DNA from: Pedosphaera sp.
GTDB lineage: Bacteria; Verrucomicrobiota; Verrucomicrobiia; Limisphaerales; SIBH01
Assembly (NCBI GenBank): GCA_031414955.1
Contig: JANOQV010000259.1
Location: 1 to 23,198, forward strand
DNA length: 23,198 nucleotides
Direction of reading: 5' to 3'
Below, piece after piece: positions 10,218 to 20,753 of the stretch (positions are counted from its first letter, which is position 1; every line of letters begins with the position of its first letter). The notes beneath the pieces are model-generated. The model did no database searches and was not told the DNA's origin. It was given only the letters and a program-made list of their open reading frames with translations. A program made the translations under genes and the position numbers.

Positions 10218-10544
10218 ATGAACGACGCGATCGCACGCCACGAAAAAATGGTGGCTCAGTTTCCCCAGAACGAACTGGCCCGTTTCAGCCTGGGCAAGGC
10301 GCTCTTTGACGCGCAGGCCTTTGCCCCGGCGAAGGAGCATCTCTCCGTCGCGCTGGCGAAAAAGCCCGACTGGATGGTGGTGCAAATCCTCCTCGGCAAG
10401 TGCGAGCTGTCCCTGGGGGATCAGGCGGCGGCGAAGACGGCGTTTCAGCGCGCGCTGCAACTCGCCCTCGATCAGCACCACGAAGGTCCGCAGGCGGAGA
10501 TGGAGCAGGCGCTGGCGGAGCTTGCGCAAGCACACGACAGATGA
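10218..10544 (+). CDS. Small tetratricopeptide-repeat protein
   Basis: TPR-like helices ARFSLGKALFDAQ...AKEHL and ILLGKCELSLGDQAAAKTAFQRAL; starts 20 bp after the SDR stop, so probably co-transcribed. Confidence 0.8.
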   Translation: MNDAIARHEKMVAQFPQNELARFSLGKALFDAQAFAPAKEHLSVALAKKPDWMVVQILLGKCELSLGDQAAAKTAFQRALQLALDQHHEGPQAEMEQALAELAQAHDR

Positions 10545-10642
10545 AGTGGAACGGCGTGTGGAGGACTCCGGTCTGGTTGGTCGGCGTGCGGGTTTGGCTG
10601 GATCCGGGCCACGTTCCAGAAAACCTCTCCGGACGCGCCCTT

Positions 10643-12811
<2,169 letters not shown>

Positions 12812-12956
12812 TCCGCGACGATACGGTCAGCGTCGAGCGGGGCAACCCAAAGTTCGTCGTGGAAACGATTCCAGGAAATTCCATTTCTCTCCAGGCTCTC
12901 CCTGCACAATTGTTGGAACGCAGATTGAGAAATGGTTATCGAAACGTGAGAAAATT

Positions 12957-13655
12957 ATGATGCTCGGACTTATTTTGATGAGTTACTGGTGGCTGGTCAT
13001 CCCCGGCATATTGCTGGGACTTTGGGCGCAGTTCCGGCTCTCCTCCACCTACGGCACCTACAGCCGGATCGGCAATGCCCGCGGCCTGACCGGCGCGGAT
13101 GCCGCGCGCCAGATCCTGGACTCGGCCGGTCTCCACAACATGCCGGTGAACGAAGTCGGCGGACATCTGACCGATCACTACGACCCGACCAAGCGGGCGC
13201 TGTTTCTTTCGTCGGAGAATTATCACGGCCAGTCGCTGGCGGCCGTCGGCGTGGCGGCGCATGAAGCCGGGCACGCACTGCAACACAAGGCGGCTTACGC
13301 GCCGCTGCACATCCGCATGGCCATGGTGCCGATTACAAATTTCGCCAGCATCGCGTGGGGCATCCTCGCGCTCGTCGGCTTCCTGTTTCACATGCTGCCC
13401 ATGTTCCTCAATATCGCCATCATCCTGTTCACCATCATTGCCGCCTTCCAACTCATCACCCTGCCGGTGGAATACGACGCCAGCCGACGCGCCAAGGCCC
13501 AGTTATTCCGGCTGGGATTGATTCGCGAGGAGGAACGCTCCGGCGTGAGCAAGGTGCTGAACGCTGCCGCCCTGACCTACGTGGCCGCGCTCGTCACCTC
13601 CGTGCTGCAACTGCTCCAATTTGTCATGGCCGCGCGCGGCCGTGACCGGAGTTGA
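12957..13655 (+). CDS. Membrane zinc metallopeptidase (YugP/Zn_peptidase_2 family)
   Basis: LTDHYDP, VAAHEAGHALQ (HExxH), ITLPVEYDASRRA, LNAAALTYVAA; hydrophobic segments. Confidence 0.92.
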   Translation: MMLGLILMSYWWLVIPGILLGLWAQFRLSSTYGTYSRIGNARGLTGADAARQILDSAGLHNMPVNEVGGHLTDHYDPTKRALFLSSENYHGQSLAAVGVAAHEAGHALQHKAAYAPLHIRMAMVPITNFASIAWGILALVGFLFHMLPMFLNIAIILFTIIAAFQLITLPVEYDASRRAKAQLFRLGLIREEERSGVSKVLNAAALTYVAALVTSVLQLLQFVMAARGRDRS

Positions 13656-13720
13656 GGGTGCCTTCAGCCTGATAAACAACTTGCTGGCTCGCGTCGAGCG
13701 CCGGGGCTAATCATCCCCGC

Positions 13721-14605
13721 ATGATCACAGAACAGCCCAGCGTGGCACTGCGATGGCGGAGGTTCGGCGCGCTCCTCGCAGTGCTCTGCTTGGCGGGATG
13801 CGATTCCTCCACGAGAACGACCGCTCCTTCGACCGATGCTGGCATCACCTCCATCGCGCCGCTCACCAACCAGGCGGCGCTCACGCAGACAAACTTCCTT
13901 GAGCACATCCGCCACCTTCCCAGGAAGGCCGCTTACGAACCCCGTCACTTCACCAGCCTGACCACCGGGAAAGAGCAGTTGCGCTATCTCCTGCTCAAGC
14001 CCAAGAACTTTCAGCCGGCGCAATCTTATCCGCTCGTCTTGTCACTCCACGGCGGAGCGCCGACCAAGCAGTTCGATAATCTGCTGGAACCGTACCTGCC
14101 CGGACTCGCCTACGGCTTGGGCCGGTTGGCCGCGGACGAAACCCAGGACCAAAATCCCTGCTTCGTCGTCGCGCCCTGGAGCAACGGCCGCCGCTGGGAC
14201 GCGGAAAACATTCAGCTCGTGCTGGGACTGCTCGATGCCTTGCAGCAGGAATTCCACTACGATGCGAAGCGTGTCTATGTCACCGGCCAGTCGATGGGCG
14301 GCTTCGGAACGTGGGCGATCATCACACAACACCCGGAGCGATTCGCCGCCGCCGTGCCGATCTGCGGCGGGGGCGAACCAAAGGAAGCGGTGAAAGCCAG
14401 GGCCATTCCAATCTGGGCGTTTCACGGAGACAAGGATGCCGTGGTGCCGGTCCACTACACGCGCGAAATGATCGCGGCGCTGCGCCAGGCGGGCGCAACT
14501 CCACGTTACTGGGAATACGAAGGCGGCACCCACGCCGGCACCGCCGAGCGCGCCTACTGCGAGCCAGACCTCATCAACTGGCTATTCGAACAGCGGCGGC
14601 CCTGA
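13721..14605 (+). CDS. Alpha/beta-hydrolase (predicted peptidase/phospholipase-carboxylesterase), probable lipoprotein
   Basis: PLVLSLHGG, nucleophile elbow GQSMGG, FHGDKDAVVP, YEGGTH; lipobox LAGC. Confidence 0.88.
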   Translation: MITEQPSVALRWRRFGALLAVLCLAGCDSSTRTTAPSTDAGITSIAPLTNQAALTQTNFLEHIRHLPRKAAYEPRHFTSLTTGKEQLRYLLLKPKNFQPAQSYPLVLSLHGGAPTKQFDNLLEPYLPGLAYGLGRLAADETQDQNPCFVVAPWSNGRRWDAENIQLVLGLLDALQQEFHYDAKRVYVTGQSMGGFGTWAIITQHPERFAAAVPICGGGEPKEAVKARAIPIWAFHGDKDAVVPVHYTREMIAALRQAGATPRYWEYEGGTHAGTAERAYCEPDLINWLFEQRRP

Positions 14606-14618
14606 AGAGATTTCCGAG

Positions 14619-16844
14619 CTACCGCGCCGCATCTGTCAGCCGCGCCGCGTAAACTTTCCGCGCGTGTTCGTAGGCGGCTCGGGCGTCCTCCATCTCGGCC
14701 GGCTTGTAGGTGCGCTGCTTCTGGCCCCAGCACACGTCCACTCCCTTGAGGCACCACTCGATGCTCTGGCGCTCGCGCACAGGCTTGCCCTCCACCGTGA
14801 CCCAGATCGGATTACTGTGGGAGGTGGGGAAGATGCGCAGCGCCACCCAACTGCTACGGTCGATCTTCGCCTCGAAGGTCACGTCGCGCATTTTGCCGTC
14901 GGCCACGAATTCCTGCCTGGCCACGGACTGGCCGTTGACGATCAGTTCGATGGGCACGGTCTTGGTCTCACCAATGCGCGCTTTCTCGATCTGCCAGGTG
15001 AAACGATTCTTCGCCACCGTGTTGATTATGTCATCAAGCATTGCGGCGACTTTCGCCGTGGCCCGAATCGTCGTGGGTTTGTCCACCCGGAGTTCGCTGC
15101 CGTTCTCGCCCACCGCCGCGTCGTTCACCTTGAAGTCGATGAGATGGCTGTAGCCGTCGCTGACGTAAGTGCGGCCGAGGCGGACACCTTCGCACCAGTC
15201 GTCGTAGGTGAGCTTGCCGTCGAGTTTCACGTAGCTGCGCCCGAGACCGACGCGATCGCCATAGATGCACGGGAAATCTGTTTCGCCGCTGGCCCGGATG
15301 CGGAAGCCGACGTTCAAGCTGTGATACCACATGGTCAATTCTGCGGTCGGATCGGTATCGACGGTCGAAATGAAATCAACGGCCGGCACCAGCTTGCCGT
15401 CCGGCCCGGGCACGTCGTGGGTGATGTCCACGATGAACTCATTCGCGCCGATGCCGTCGTAGCGCGGCTGCTGGTAGCCCAGTGTTTCACCACGCGGCAC
15501 TTGAATGCCATTGCCGGAATGCGCCGGGCCGGTCACCGCGCCCTGCTTCTTCGCCCATTTAAGCGTGTTCAGCCCGAGCGTCGGCCAGTGATCCTTCGAG
15601 ACACCGCCGGGATACATCTGTTCCTTGAGCCGCAGCAGCACAAGGTGCCCGCTTTGGTGCGAACCGAACCCGCTCACTTCGATGTCGTAGCGCAGCAGGT
15701 AGGGATATTGCGAAACCTTGTCCACCGCGCCGCAGAAAAACTGCTTCTGAAAATCAAAACACGGCCCCCAGGTCAGGTTCGCGCCGATCTTCAAGTCTTC
15801 GCCCTTGCAGTGGCGGAACATGTCTTCGGCAAACACGCCTTCGGTCGGCTTCACGTAATGAGCGCAGCCCGCCGCGTGAATGTGATGGTCGCCCGACCAC
15901 CAGCCGAACTTCGCCGGGTCCACCCAACGGTCGGTCTTGAAGGACAGCTCCTTCGTGGCGGCGATGATGGCGTGCGAAGATTTCTTCACGATCGATTCCG
16001 GCCCGCGCGAAAGCTCCACCGTGTAACGGCCCGCCGGCAATTTCATTTTCTCGCCGTCGCCGCGATAAACCTGATCGTGGAACGCAAAGTCCGGAGCCAG
16101 GCGCTTGCTCCGCGCCGGGTAAACGCGGTTCTGCTGATCACGAATGACGAACGCCGCGATGGTCGGCTCGTTGCTGTCGTCGCGCACACGCAGCGTGACC
16201 TCCTGCGCCGGGCGCGCGGTGAACAGCACATCCACCTCGTTGCGATAGCCGATGTCCTGCGTCCCCTGCCCCACGTTGAAGGAGAACTTGCCTTCGCGCT
16301 TCCCTGCGTCGCGGCTGTAAAGCTGGATGATGCGATATTCGACCGCCAGGCCACCGAGTGTGGCGCTCATCGGCTGCGCATCGAACATGGCGAGATCTAG
16401 CCAGCGATTGGCCACGTCCTCGGCGGGAGAATTGAAGAGCCGCTGCGCATTCGGGCTTACAGCTTTTAGTGGCGCGGTCGTGCCGGATTCGTTCGCCACC
16501 TTGACCAGGAACACGCGCCAGCCCGATTCGTCCAGTTCTGGCTTGGCCTCACCCACCGCGACCTTCACCCGCATCTCGGGATTGATGCTCACGCCGAACA
16601 GCACATGCCGGTCGAGCACCGTCTGGATTTGCTGGCTGGCTTCGGCAGCGGGCAAGGCGGGCGCGTCCCTGAGTTGCTTCAACTCGGCGTCGCTCAATGG
16701 CGTGCCCAGATAAGCCAGCGCGTCGGTGACACGCGTGACTTGCGCCGCCAGCGGCTGCACTTCGACATTGGGAACGATGGGGAAGGATGCCGCAGTGGCA
16801 GCCAGCCCCAACAAGCACAGCAAGACGACAATGAGTTGGCGCAT
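14619..16844 (-). CDS. CehA/McbA family metallohydrolase (PHP-like), secreted
   Basis: GWWSGDHHIH, GHLVLL, GPAHSG, ASGETDFPC, SHSNPIW; signal peptide MRQLIVVLLCLLGLAATAA from ATG 16844. Confidence 0.85.
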   Translation of the reverse strand: MRQLIVVLLCLLGLAATAASFPIVPNVEVQPLAAQVTRVTDALAYLGTPLSDAELKQLRDAPALPAAEASQQIQTVLDRHVLFGVSINPEMRVKVAVGEAKPELDESGWRVFLVKVANESGTTAPLKAVSPNAQRLFNSPAEDVANRWLDLAMFDAQPMSATLGGLAVEYRIIQLYSRDAGKREGKFSFNVGQGTQDIGYRNEVDVLFTARPAQEVTLRVRDDSNEPTIAAFVIRDQQNRVYPARSKRLAPDFAFHDQVYRGDGEKMKLPAGRYTVELSRGPESIVKKSSHAIIAATKELSFKTDRWVDPAKFGWWSGDHHIHAAGCAHYVKPTEGVFAEDMFRHCKGEDLKIGANLTWGPCFDFQKQFFCGAVDKVSQYPYLLRYDIEVSGFGSHQSGHLVLLRLKEQMYPGGVSKDHWPTLGLNTLKWAKKQGAVTGPAHSGNGIQVPRGETLGYQQPRYDGIGANEFIVDITHDVPGPDGKLVPAVDFISTVDTDPTAELTMWYHSLNVGFRIRASGETDFPCIYGDRVGLGRSYVKLDGKLTYDDWCEGVRLGRTYVSDGYSHLIDFKVNDAAVGENGSELRVDKPTTIRATAKVAAMLDDIINTVAKNRFTWQIEKARIGETKTVPIELIVNGQSVARQEFVADGKMRDVTFEAKIDRSSWVALRIFPTSHSNPIWVTVEGKPVRERQSIEWCLKGVDVCWGQKQRTYKPAEMEDARAAYEHARKVYAARLTDAAR

Positions 16845-16914
16845 AATTCCTTTCGGGTGATTGCGGCGGATGATAGCGGGCGGCACGCAGAGGGGAAGCG
16901 CGATTCTCTGGAAC

Positions 16915-17014
16915 GACGACACTGGAAAGTGTCGTCACCTGCCGACAAGAATGTCGGCGCTACAAACGTAACGCCGGCTTTCCAGCCGGCAGGTGGCGAG
17001 ACTTTCCAGTCTCG
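16915..17014. repeat. REP/BIME-like cluster: two back-to-back GTAG/GTAA-led units, each with two hairpins
   Basis: Minus-strand unit GTAGCGCCGACATTCTTGTCGGC-AGGT-GACGACACTTTCCAGTGTCGTC; plus-strand unit GTAACGCCGGCTTTCCAGCCGGC-AGGT-GGCGAGACTTTCCAGTCTCG. They are separated by AAAC; 16921-16944 is inverted to 16987-17010 with 2 mismatches. Confidence 0.8.
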
Positions 17015-17106
17015 TGTCGGTGGCTCCTCGAAGCCGCACCCTCTCACAATTCACAGCCAACTCCCGCATTGCGCCACCGAATCCTTTCCCCCAAATTCCG
17101 CGCCCT

Positions 17107-20100
17107 ATGTCGAGCCGGAAGCAGTATCCGTTCAATCTCATCGAGCCGAAGTGGCAGCAGTTCTGGGAGGAACAGCAGTCCTTCCGCGCGTTCAATCCCG
17201 GCGAAGTGCTGCCGGCGGAACATCCCTTCGCGCAACGTCACGGACTTGCGGGCAAGAAAGTTTCCGCCGCCGATTTGCCGCCGAAGTTCTATGTGCTCGA
17301 CATGTTCCCCTACCCTTCCGGCGCGGGACTGCACGTCGGGCATCCCGAAGGCTACACGGCCACGGACATTCTCGCGCGCTACAAGCGCGCCGCTGGTTCG
17401 CATGTGCTGCATCCGATGGGCTGGGACGCCTTCGGCCTGCCCGCCGAGCAATACGCCATCAAGACCGGCCAGCATCCGCGCGCGACGACCGAGGCGAACA
17501 TCGCGAACTTCACCAAGCAGATCAAAAGCCTCGGCTTCAGCTACGACTGGTCGCGCGAGGTGGACACCACCGATCCGAAATACTTCCGCTGGACGCAGTG
17601 GATTTTCCTGAAGCTCTACAACTCGTGGTTCAACCCGGAGACGAACAAGGCCGAGCCGATTGAGACCCTGAAGTTTCCAGGGGAGCTGGAATTGCCGGGC
17701 GCACAGGTAGGGCGCGGTGTCCTCACCGCGCCGCGCCTCGAATCGGAGGAGCGCCCCGGAACTGCCAACGCCTCACCCCGGCGCGCTGAGACAGCGACGC
17801 CCTACCAACTCGAAGACAAACGCCGCGCCTATCGCGACTCCAAGCGTCTCGCGTTCAGCAGCGAAGCCCCAGTGAACTGGTGTCCGGAACTCGGCACCGT
17901 GCTGGCCAACGAGGAAGTCATCGACGGCAAGAGCGAAGTGGGCGGCTTCCCCGTGGTGCGCCGGCCCATGCGCCAATGGATGCTCCGCATCACCGCCTAC
18001 GCCGAGAAACTGCTCGACGATCTCAACACGATCGACTGGAGCGACTCGCTCAAGGAGATGCAGCGGAACTGGATTGGGAAGAGCGAAGGGGCGGAGGTGG
18101 ATTTTCAGATTGGTGGCCGTGCGGACAAGATTCGCGTTTTCACGACGCGCCCCGATACGCTGTTCGGTGCGACCTACATGGTGTTGTCGCCGGAGCACAA
18201 GTTGGTCGCGGAAATCACGACGGCCGAGCAGCGCGAAGCCGTGAAGCAGTATCAGCAGTTCGCCGCCGGCAAGAGCGATCTCGAACGCACGGAACTCGCG
18301 AAGGAGAAGACCGGTGTCTTCACCGGTTCGTATGCCATCAATCCGGTGAACGGGGAGAAGATGCCCATCTGGATAGCTGACTACGTGCTCGCGAGCTACG
18401 GCACAGGTGCGATCATGGCAGTTCCATCTCATGATGCGCGCGACATGGAGTTCGCGCTCAAGTTCGACATCACAACTCAGAACGTGGTGCTGCCGCCAGA
18501 CGCTTGGTTGCGCGAGCGAGTGAGTTCCACTTTTGCAGATAAGACGATTGAAGAAATCCGCGACGTTTACAAAACCACGAATGCCTACTTCGGACAGGAA
18601 GCATTCTGTGAAACTGGAACTGCGATCAATTCAGCCAATCCTGAAATCTCCCTCAACGGCCTCCCTACCGCCGAAGCCAAAGCGAAAATCACCGCCTGGC
18701 TCGAAGCGAAGAGCCTCGGCAAGAAGACCATCAACTACAAGCTGCGCGACTGGCTCTTCAGCCGGCAGCGTTACTGGGGCGAGCCGTTCCCCATCGTGTG
18801 GAAGAAGGACGCGAATGGGAACGCGTATCACGAGGCGCTGCCGGAGAGCGCGCTGCCGTTGCTGCCGCCCGCGCTGGACGATTACAAGCCCACGCCCGAC
18901 GGCCAACCGCCGCTCGCCCGCGCGCAGGACTGGGTGAACCGGCCCGACGGCTCCGTGCGCGAAACGAACACCATGCCGCAGTGGGCGGGCAGTTGCTGGT
19001 ATTACCTGCGCTATCTCGATGCGGGGAATGATGGCACCTTTTGTTCCGCCGAGGCTGAGGAGTATTGGATGGGCGCGCCAAGCGTCGCGCAACTCGGTTT
19101 CCACGAGTGGCAGACGCGGCTCAAGGCGCTTTATGCCTTCGCTCTTAACAATCCGGAGAACCGGAAGGATTTCGTCAGCTACGACGTGGTCAGCCCGGCG
19201 GAAGCGGATTTTCTCGCCGGGAAAACAGGGCTGCATCTCGCAGGATACCGGCGGATGATCGACAACTTTGCCATCCGTCACGTCATGAACCAGCATGGTG
19301 ATGCGGAGAAGGAGCGCCAGCGCGGGCTGCTCCCAGTCAGCTTTGATGACCTGCTCCAGATTCCAGCCATCATCCACTCGGCGGATGAAGTGCGCTCCGG
19401 CGGCAAGACCGCAACGAACCTGGATCTGATCCTCTACACAAAGCGCGTTAATGGATGGCTGTACTATTTCGAAGAAGTACGGACGGCGAATGATTTGTTG
19501 GCGGCCAAGACGTTGTACAAAAAACCGGCGACGGCGAGTCATGCCGGTGAAGGCCTTGCTCAAACGCCCGAAGCGCTCCGTCGCACTGGGGAGAATCTAG
19601 CGAACACAGGGCCGCGTGGCAAGGTCACGCCCGGCGTGGACCTCTACGTTGGCGGCACCGAGCACGCCGTGCTGCACCTGCTCTACGCGCGCTTCTGGCA
19701 CAAGGTGCTGTTCGACCTCGGCTATGTCTCCACGCCCGAGCCGTTCTTCAAGCTCGTGAACCAGGGACTCATCCTCGGCGAGGACGGCCAGAAGATGTCC
19801 AAGTCGCGCGGCAACACGGTCAACCCCGACGACATCCTCGTGGAATTCGGCGCGGATGCCTTCCGCCTTTACGAAATGTTCATGGGGCCGCTGGAGATGG
19901 TGAAGCCGTGGAACACGAAGGGCGTGGAAGGCGTGTATCGTTTCCTCGGCCGCGTCTGGCGTTTGTTCGTCGATGAAGCGAGCGAGACGGAGTTCGAGCA
20001 GACGCAGACCGCCACCGATCCGGCGCAGCAGCGCGAGTTGCTGAAGTTGATCAAGCTCCACGCCGGCATCAAGGACGCCGAGGCGACGAAGGAACAGCTC

Positions 20101-20616
20101 AAGGCACTGCACGCCTGCATCAAGAAGGTGACGGAAGATCTCGACGGCCTGCGCTTCAACACCGCCATCTCGGCCATGATGGTCTTCGCCAACGACGCCA
20201 TGAACTGGGAAACGAAGCCGGTCTCCGTGCTGCGCGAGTTCCTGATTCTGCTCCAGCCTTTCGCCCCGCACATCGCGGAGGAGTTGTGGGAGAAATTGTC
20301 CAAAGTCCAAAGTACAAAGTCCAAAGTCACGGACGACGGTGCGGCGACCTTGGACCTTGGACTTTGGACTTTGGACTTGTCCTACCAGCCCTGGCCGAAG
20401 CATGACCCCGCCCTGCTCGTCGAAGACACGCTGGAGATTCCCGTGCAGGTGAACGGCAAGCTCCGCGACGTAATCCGCGTGGCGGCGACGGCAACGCAGC
20501 CGGAGATCGAAGCCCTCGCGCTCGCTTCGGAGAAGGCGCAGCAGTTCATGGGCGGCAAGGCGGTGAAGAAAATCATCGTGGTACCCAAGAAGCTGGTGAA
20601 CATCGTGGTGACCTGA
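17107..20616 (+). CDS. leuS: Leucine--tRNA ligase (1169 aa) with multiple in-frame insertions
   Basis: [18 protein letters not shown] (HIGH), [14 protein letters not shown]1 editing motifs FTTRPDT and [60 protein letters not shown] at 17107. Confidence 0.97.
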   Translation: MSSRKQYPFNLIEPKWQQFWEEQQSFRAFNPGEVLPAEHPFAQRHGLAGKKVSAADLPPKFYVLDMFPYPSGAGLHVGHPEGYTATDILARYKRAAGSHVLHPMGWDAFGLPAEQYAIKTGQHPRATTEANIANFTKQIKSLGFSYDWSREVDTTDPKYFRWTQWIFLKLYNSWFNPETNKAEPIETLKFPGELELPGAQVGRGVLTAPRLESEERPGTANASPRRAETATPYQLEDKRRAYRDSKRLAFSSEAPVNWCPELGTVLANEEVIDGKSEVGGFPVVRRPMRQWMLRITAYAEKLLDDLNTIDWSDSLKEMQRNWIGKSEGAEVDFQIGGRADKIRVFTTRPDTLFGATYMVLSPEHKLVAEITTAEQREAVKQYQQFAAGKSDLERTELAKEKTGVFTGSYAINPVNGEKMPIWIADYVLASYGTGAIMAVPSHDARDMEFALKFDITTQNVVLPPDAWLRERVSSTFADKTIEEIRDVYKTTNAYFGQEAFCETGTAINSANPEISLNGLPTAEAKAKITAWLEAKSLGKKTINYKLRDWLFSRQRYWGEPFPIVWKKDANGNAYHEALPESALPLLPPALDDYKPTPDGQPPLARAQDWVNRPDGSVRETNTMPQWAGSCWYYLRYLDAGNDGTFCSAEAEEYWMGAPSVAQLGFHEWQTRLKALYAFALNNPENRKDFVSYDVVSPAEADFLAGKTGLHLAGYRRMIDNFAIRHVMNQHGDAEKERQRGLLPVSFDDLLQIPAIIHSADEVRSGGKTATNLDLILYTKRVNGWLYYFEEVRTANDLLAAKTLYKKPATASHAGEGLAQTPEALRRTGENLANTGPRGKVTPGVDLYVGGTEHAVLHLLYARFWHKVLFDLGYVSTPEPFFKLVNQGLILGEDGQKMSKSRGNTVNPDDILVEFGADAFRLYEMFMGPLEMVKPWNTKGVEGVYRFLGRVWRLFVDEASETEFEQTQTATDPAQQRELLKLIKLHAGIKDAEATKEQLKALHACIKKVTEDLDGLRFNTAISAMMVFANDAMNWETKPVSVLREFLILLQPFAPHIAEELWEKLSKVQSTKSKVTDDGAATLDLGLWTLDLSYQPWPKHDPALLVEDTLEIPVQVNGKLRDVIRVAATATQPEIEALALASEKAQQFMGGKAVKKIIVVPKKLVNIVVT
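17706..17806. repeat. GTAG-type REP doublet inserted in frame within leuS
   Basis: GGTAGGGCGCGGTGTCCTCACCGCGCCG...CGGCGCGCTGAGACAGCGACGCCCTACC; terminal inverted GGTAGGGCG/CGCCCTACC; GTAG to CTAC spans 99 bp (33 codons). Confidence 0.82.
19525..19589. ncRNA. Candidate structured RNA element at the 3' end of the inserted nuclease domain
   Basis: Closing stem GCGACGG (19528-34) / CCGTCGC (19578-84) encloses GAGT-CAT-GCC-ggtgaa-GGC-CTT-GCTC and a CGC-ccgaa-GCG hairpin, a possible three-way junction. Folded by eye only. Confidence 0.4.
19594..19622 (-). promoter_or_regulatory. Putative antisense sigma70 promoter inside leuS at the right boundary of the nuclease insert
   Basis: The minus strand reads TTGCCA-N17-TAGATT (-35 at 19622-19617, -10 at 19599-19594), pointing into the structured element. 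Confidence 0.5.
20298..20376. repeat. Inverted heptamer tandem repeats forming a long hairpin, in frame in leuS
   Basis: (GTCCAAA)x4 (one copy GTACAAA) + GTC, a 17-nt loop, then GAC + (C/TTTGGAC)x4; translates as [26 protein letters not shown]. Confidence 0.88.
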
Positions 20617-20646
20617 CGCCGCGCGCGCCTGGGCTTCGAGCGGATG

Positions 20647-20678
20647 GAAAAGAGGAAACGGGCCGAGCCCGTTTCCTC
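20647..20678 (-). terminator. Intrinsic terminator between convergent leuS and the beta-propeller gene
   Basis: Perfect 12-bp stem GAGGAAACGGGC-cga-GCCCGTTTCCTC (20652-20678); a T-run follows on the minus strand; possibly bidirectional. Confidence 0.7.
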
Positions 20679-20753
20679 GTATCATTCCTGACTGACCACC
20701 AAGGAAGGACGGGCAGTCACCCGTTCCAAGGCCCTCGCCCCGTCACCGCCCGA

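Larger units (their letters stand above)
19072..19635 (+). other. In-frame inserted domain in LeuRS resembling a PBECR (phage Barnase-EndoU-ColicinE5/D-RelE-like) nuclease, PBECR3-like
   Basis: 188 codons lie between YWM and VDLYVGG, where LeuRS normally has about 1 residue (YWMPVDLY). It contains [41 protein letters not shown]...[16 protein letters not shown]...KTLYKK. Confidence 0.72.

Noticed and set aside
8364..10544. miaE-receiver-SDR-TPR cluster as a novel functional system
   Set aside because: The genes are co-oriented but belong to common families with no evident functional link in the sequence; there is no synteny evidence available.
14664..16400. 578-aa plus-strand ORF (and similar ones at 2711-3643, 5122-6210, 11189-12205, 19597-20685, 21138-22238)
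   Set aside because: Each overlaps a well-supported gene on the opposite strand and shows no recognisable protein features.
16993..17106. N-terminal extension of LeuRS from GTG 16993
   Set aside because: It begins inside the REP cluster and is not LeuRS-like; ATG 17107 ([17 protein letters not shown]) fits the family start.
16850..17106. T-box riboswitch upstream of leuS
   Set aside because: No T-box consensus (AAnnnGGGTGGnACCrCG) or terminator/antiterminator is visible; the hairpins are explained by REP-like repeats.
19072..19635. Intein or self-splicing intron as the explanation of the LeuRS insert
   Set aside because: No N-terminal Cys/Ser block A, no His-Asn followed by Cys/Ser/Thr, and no LAGLIDADG/HNH motif; the frame is open throughout, so no splicing is required.
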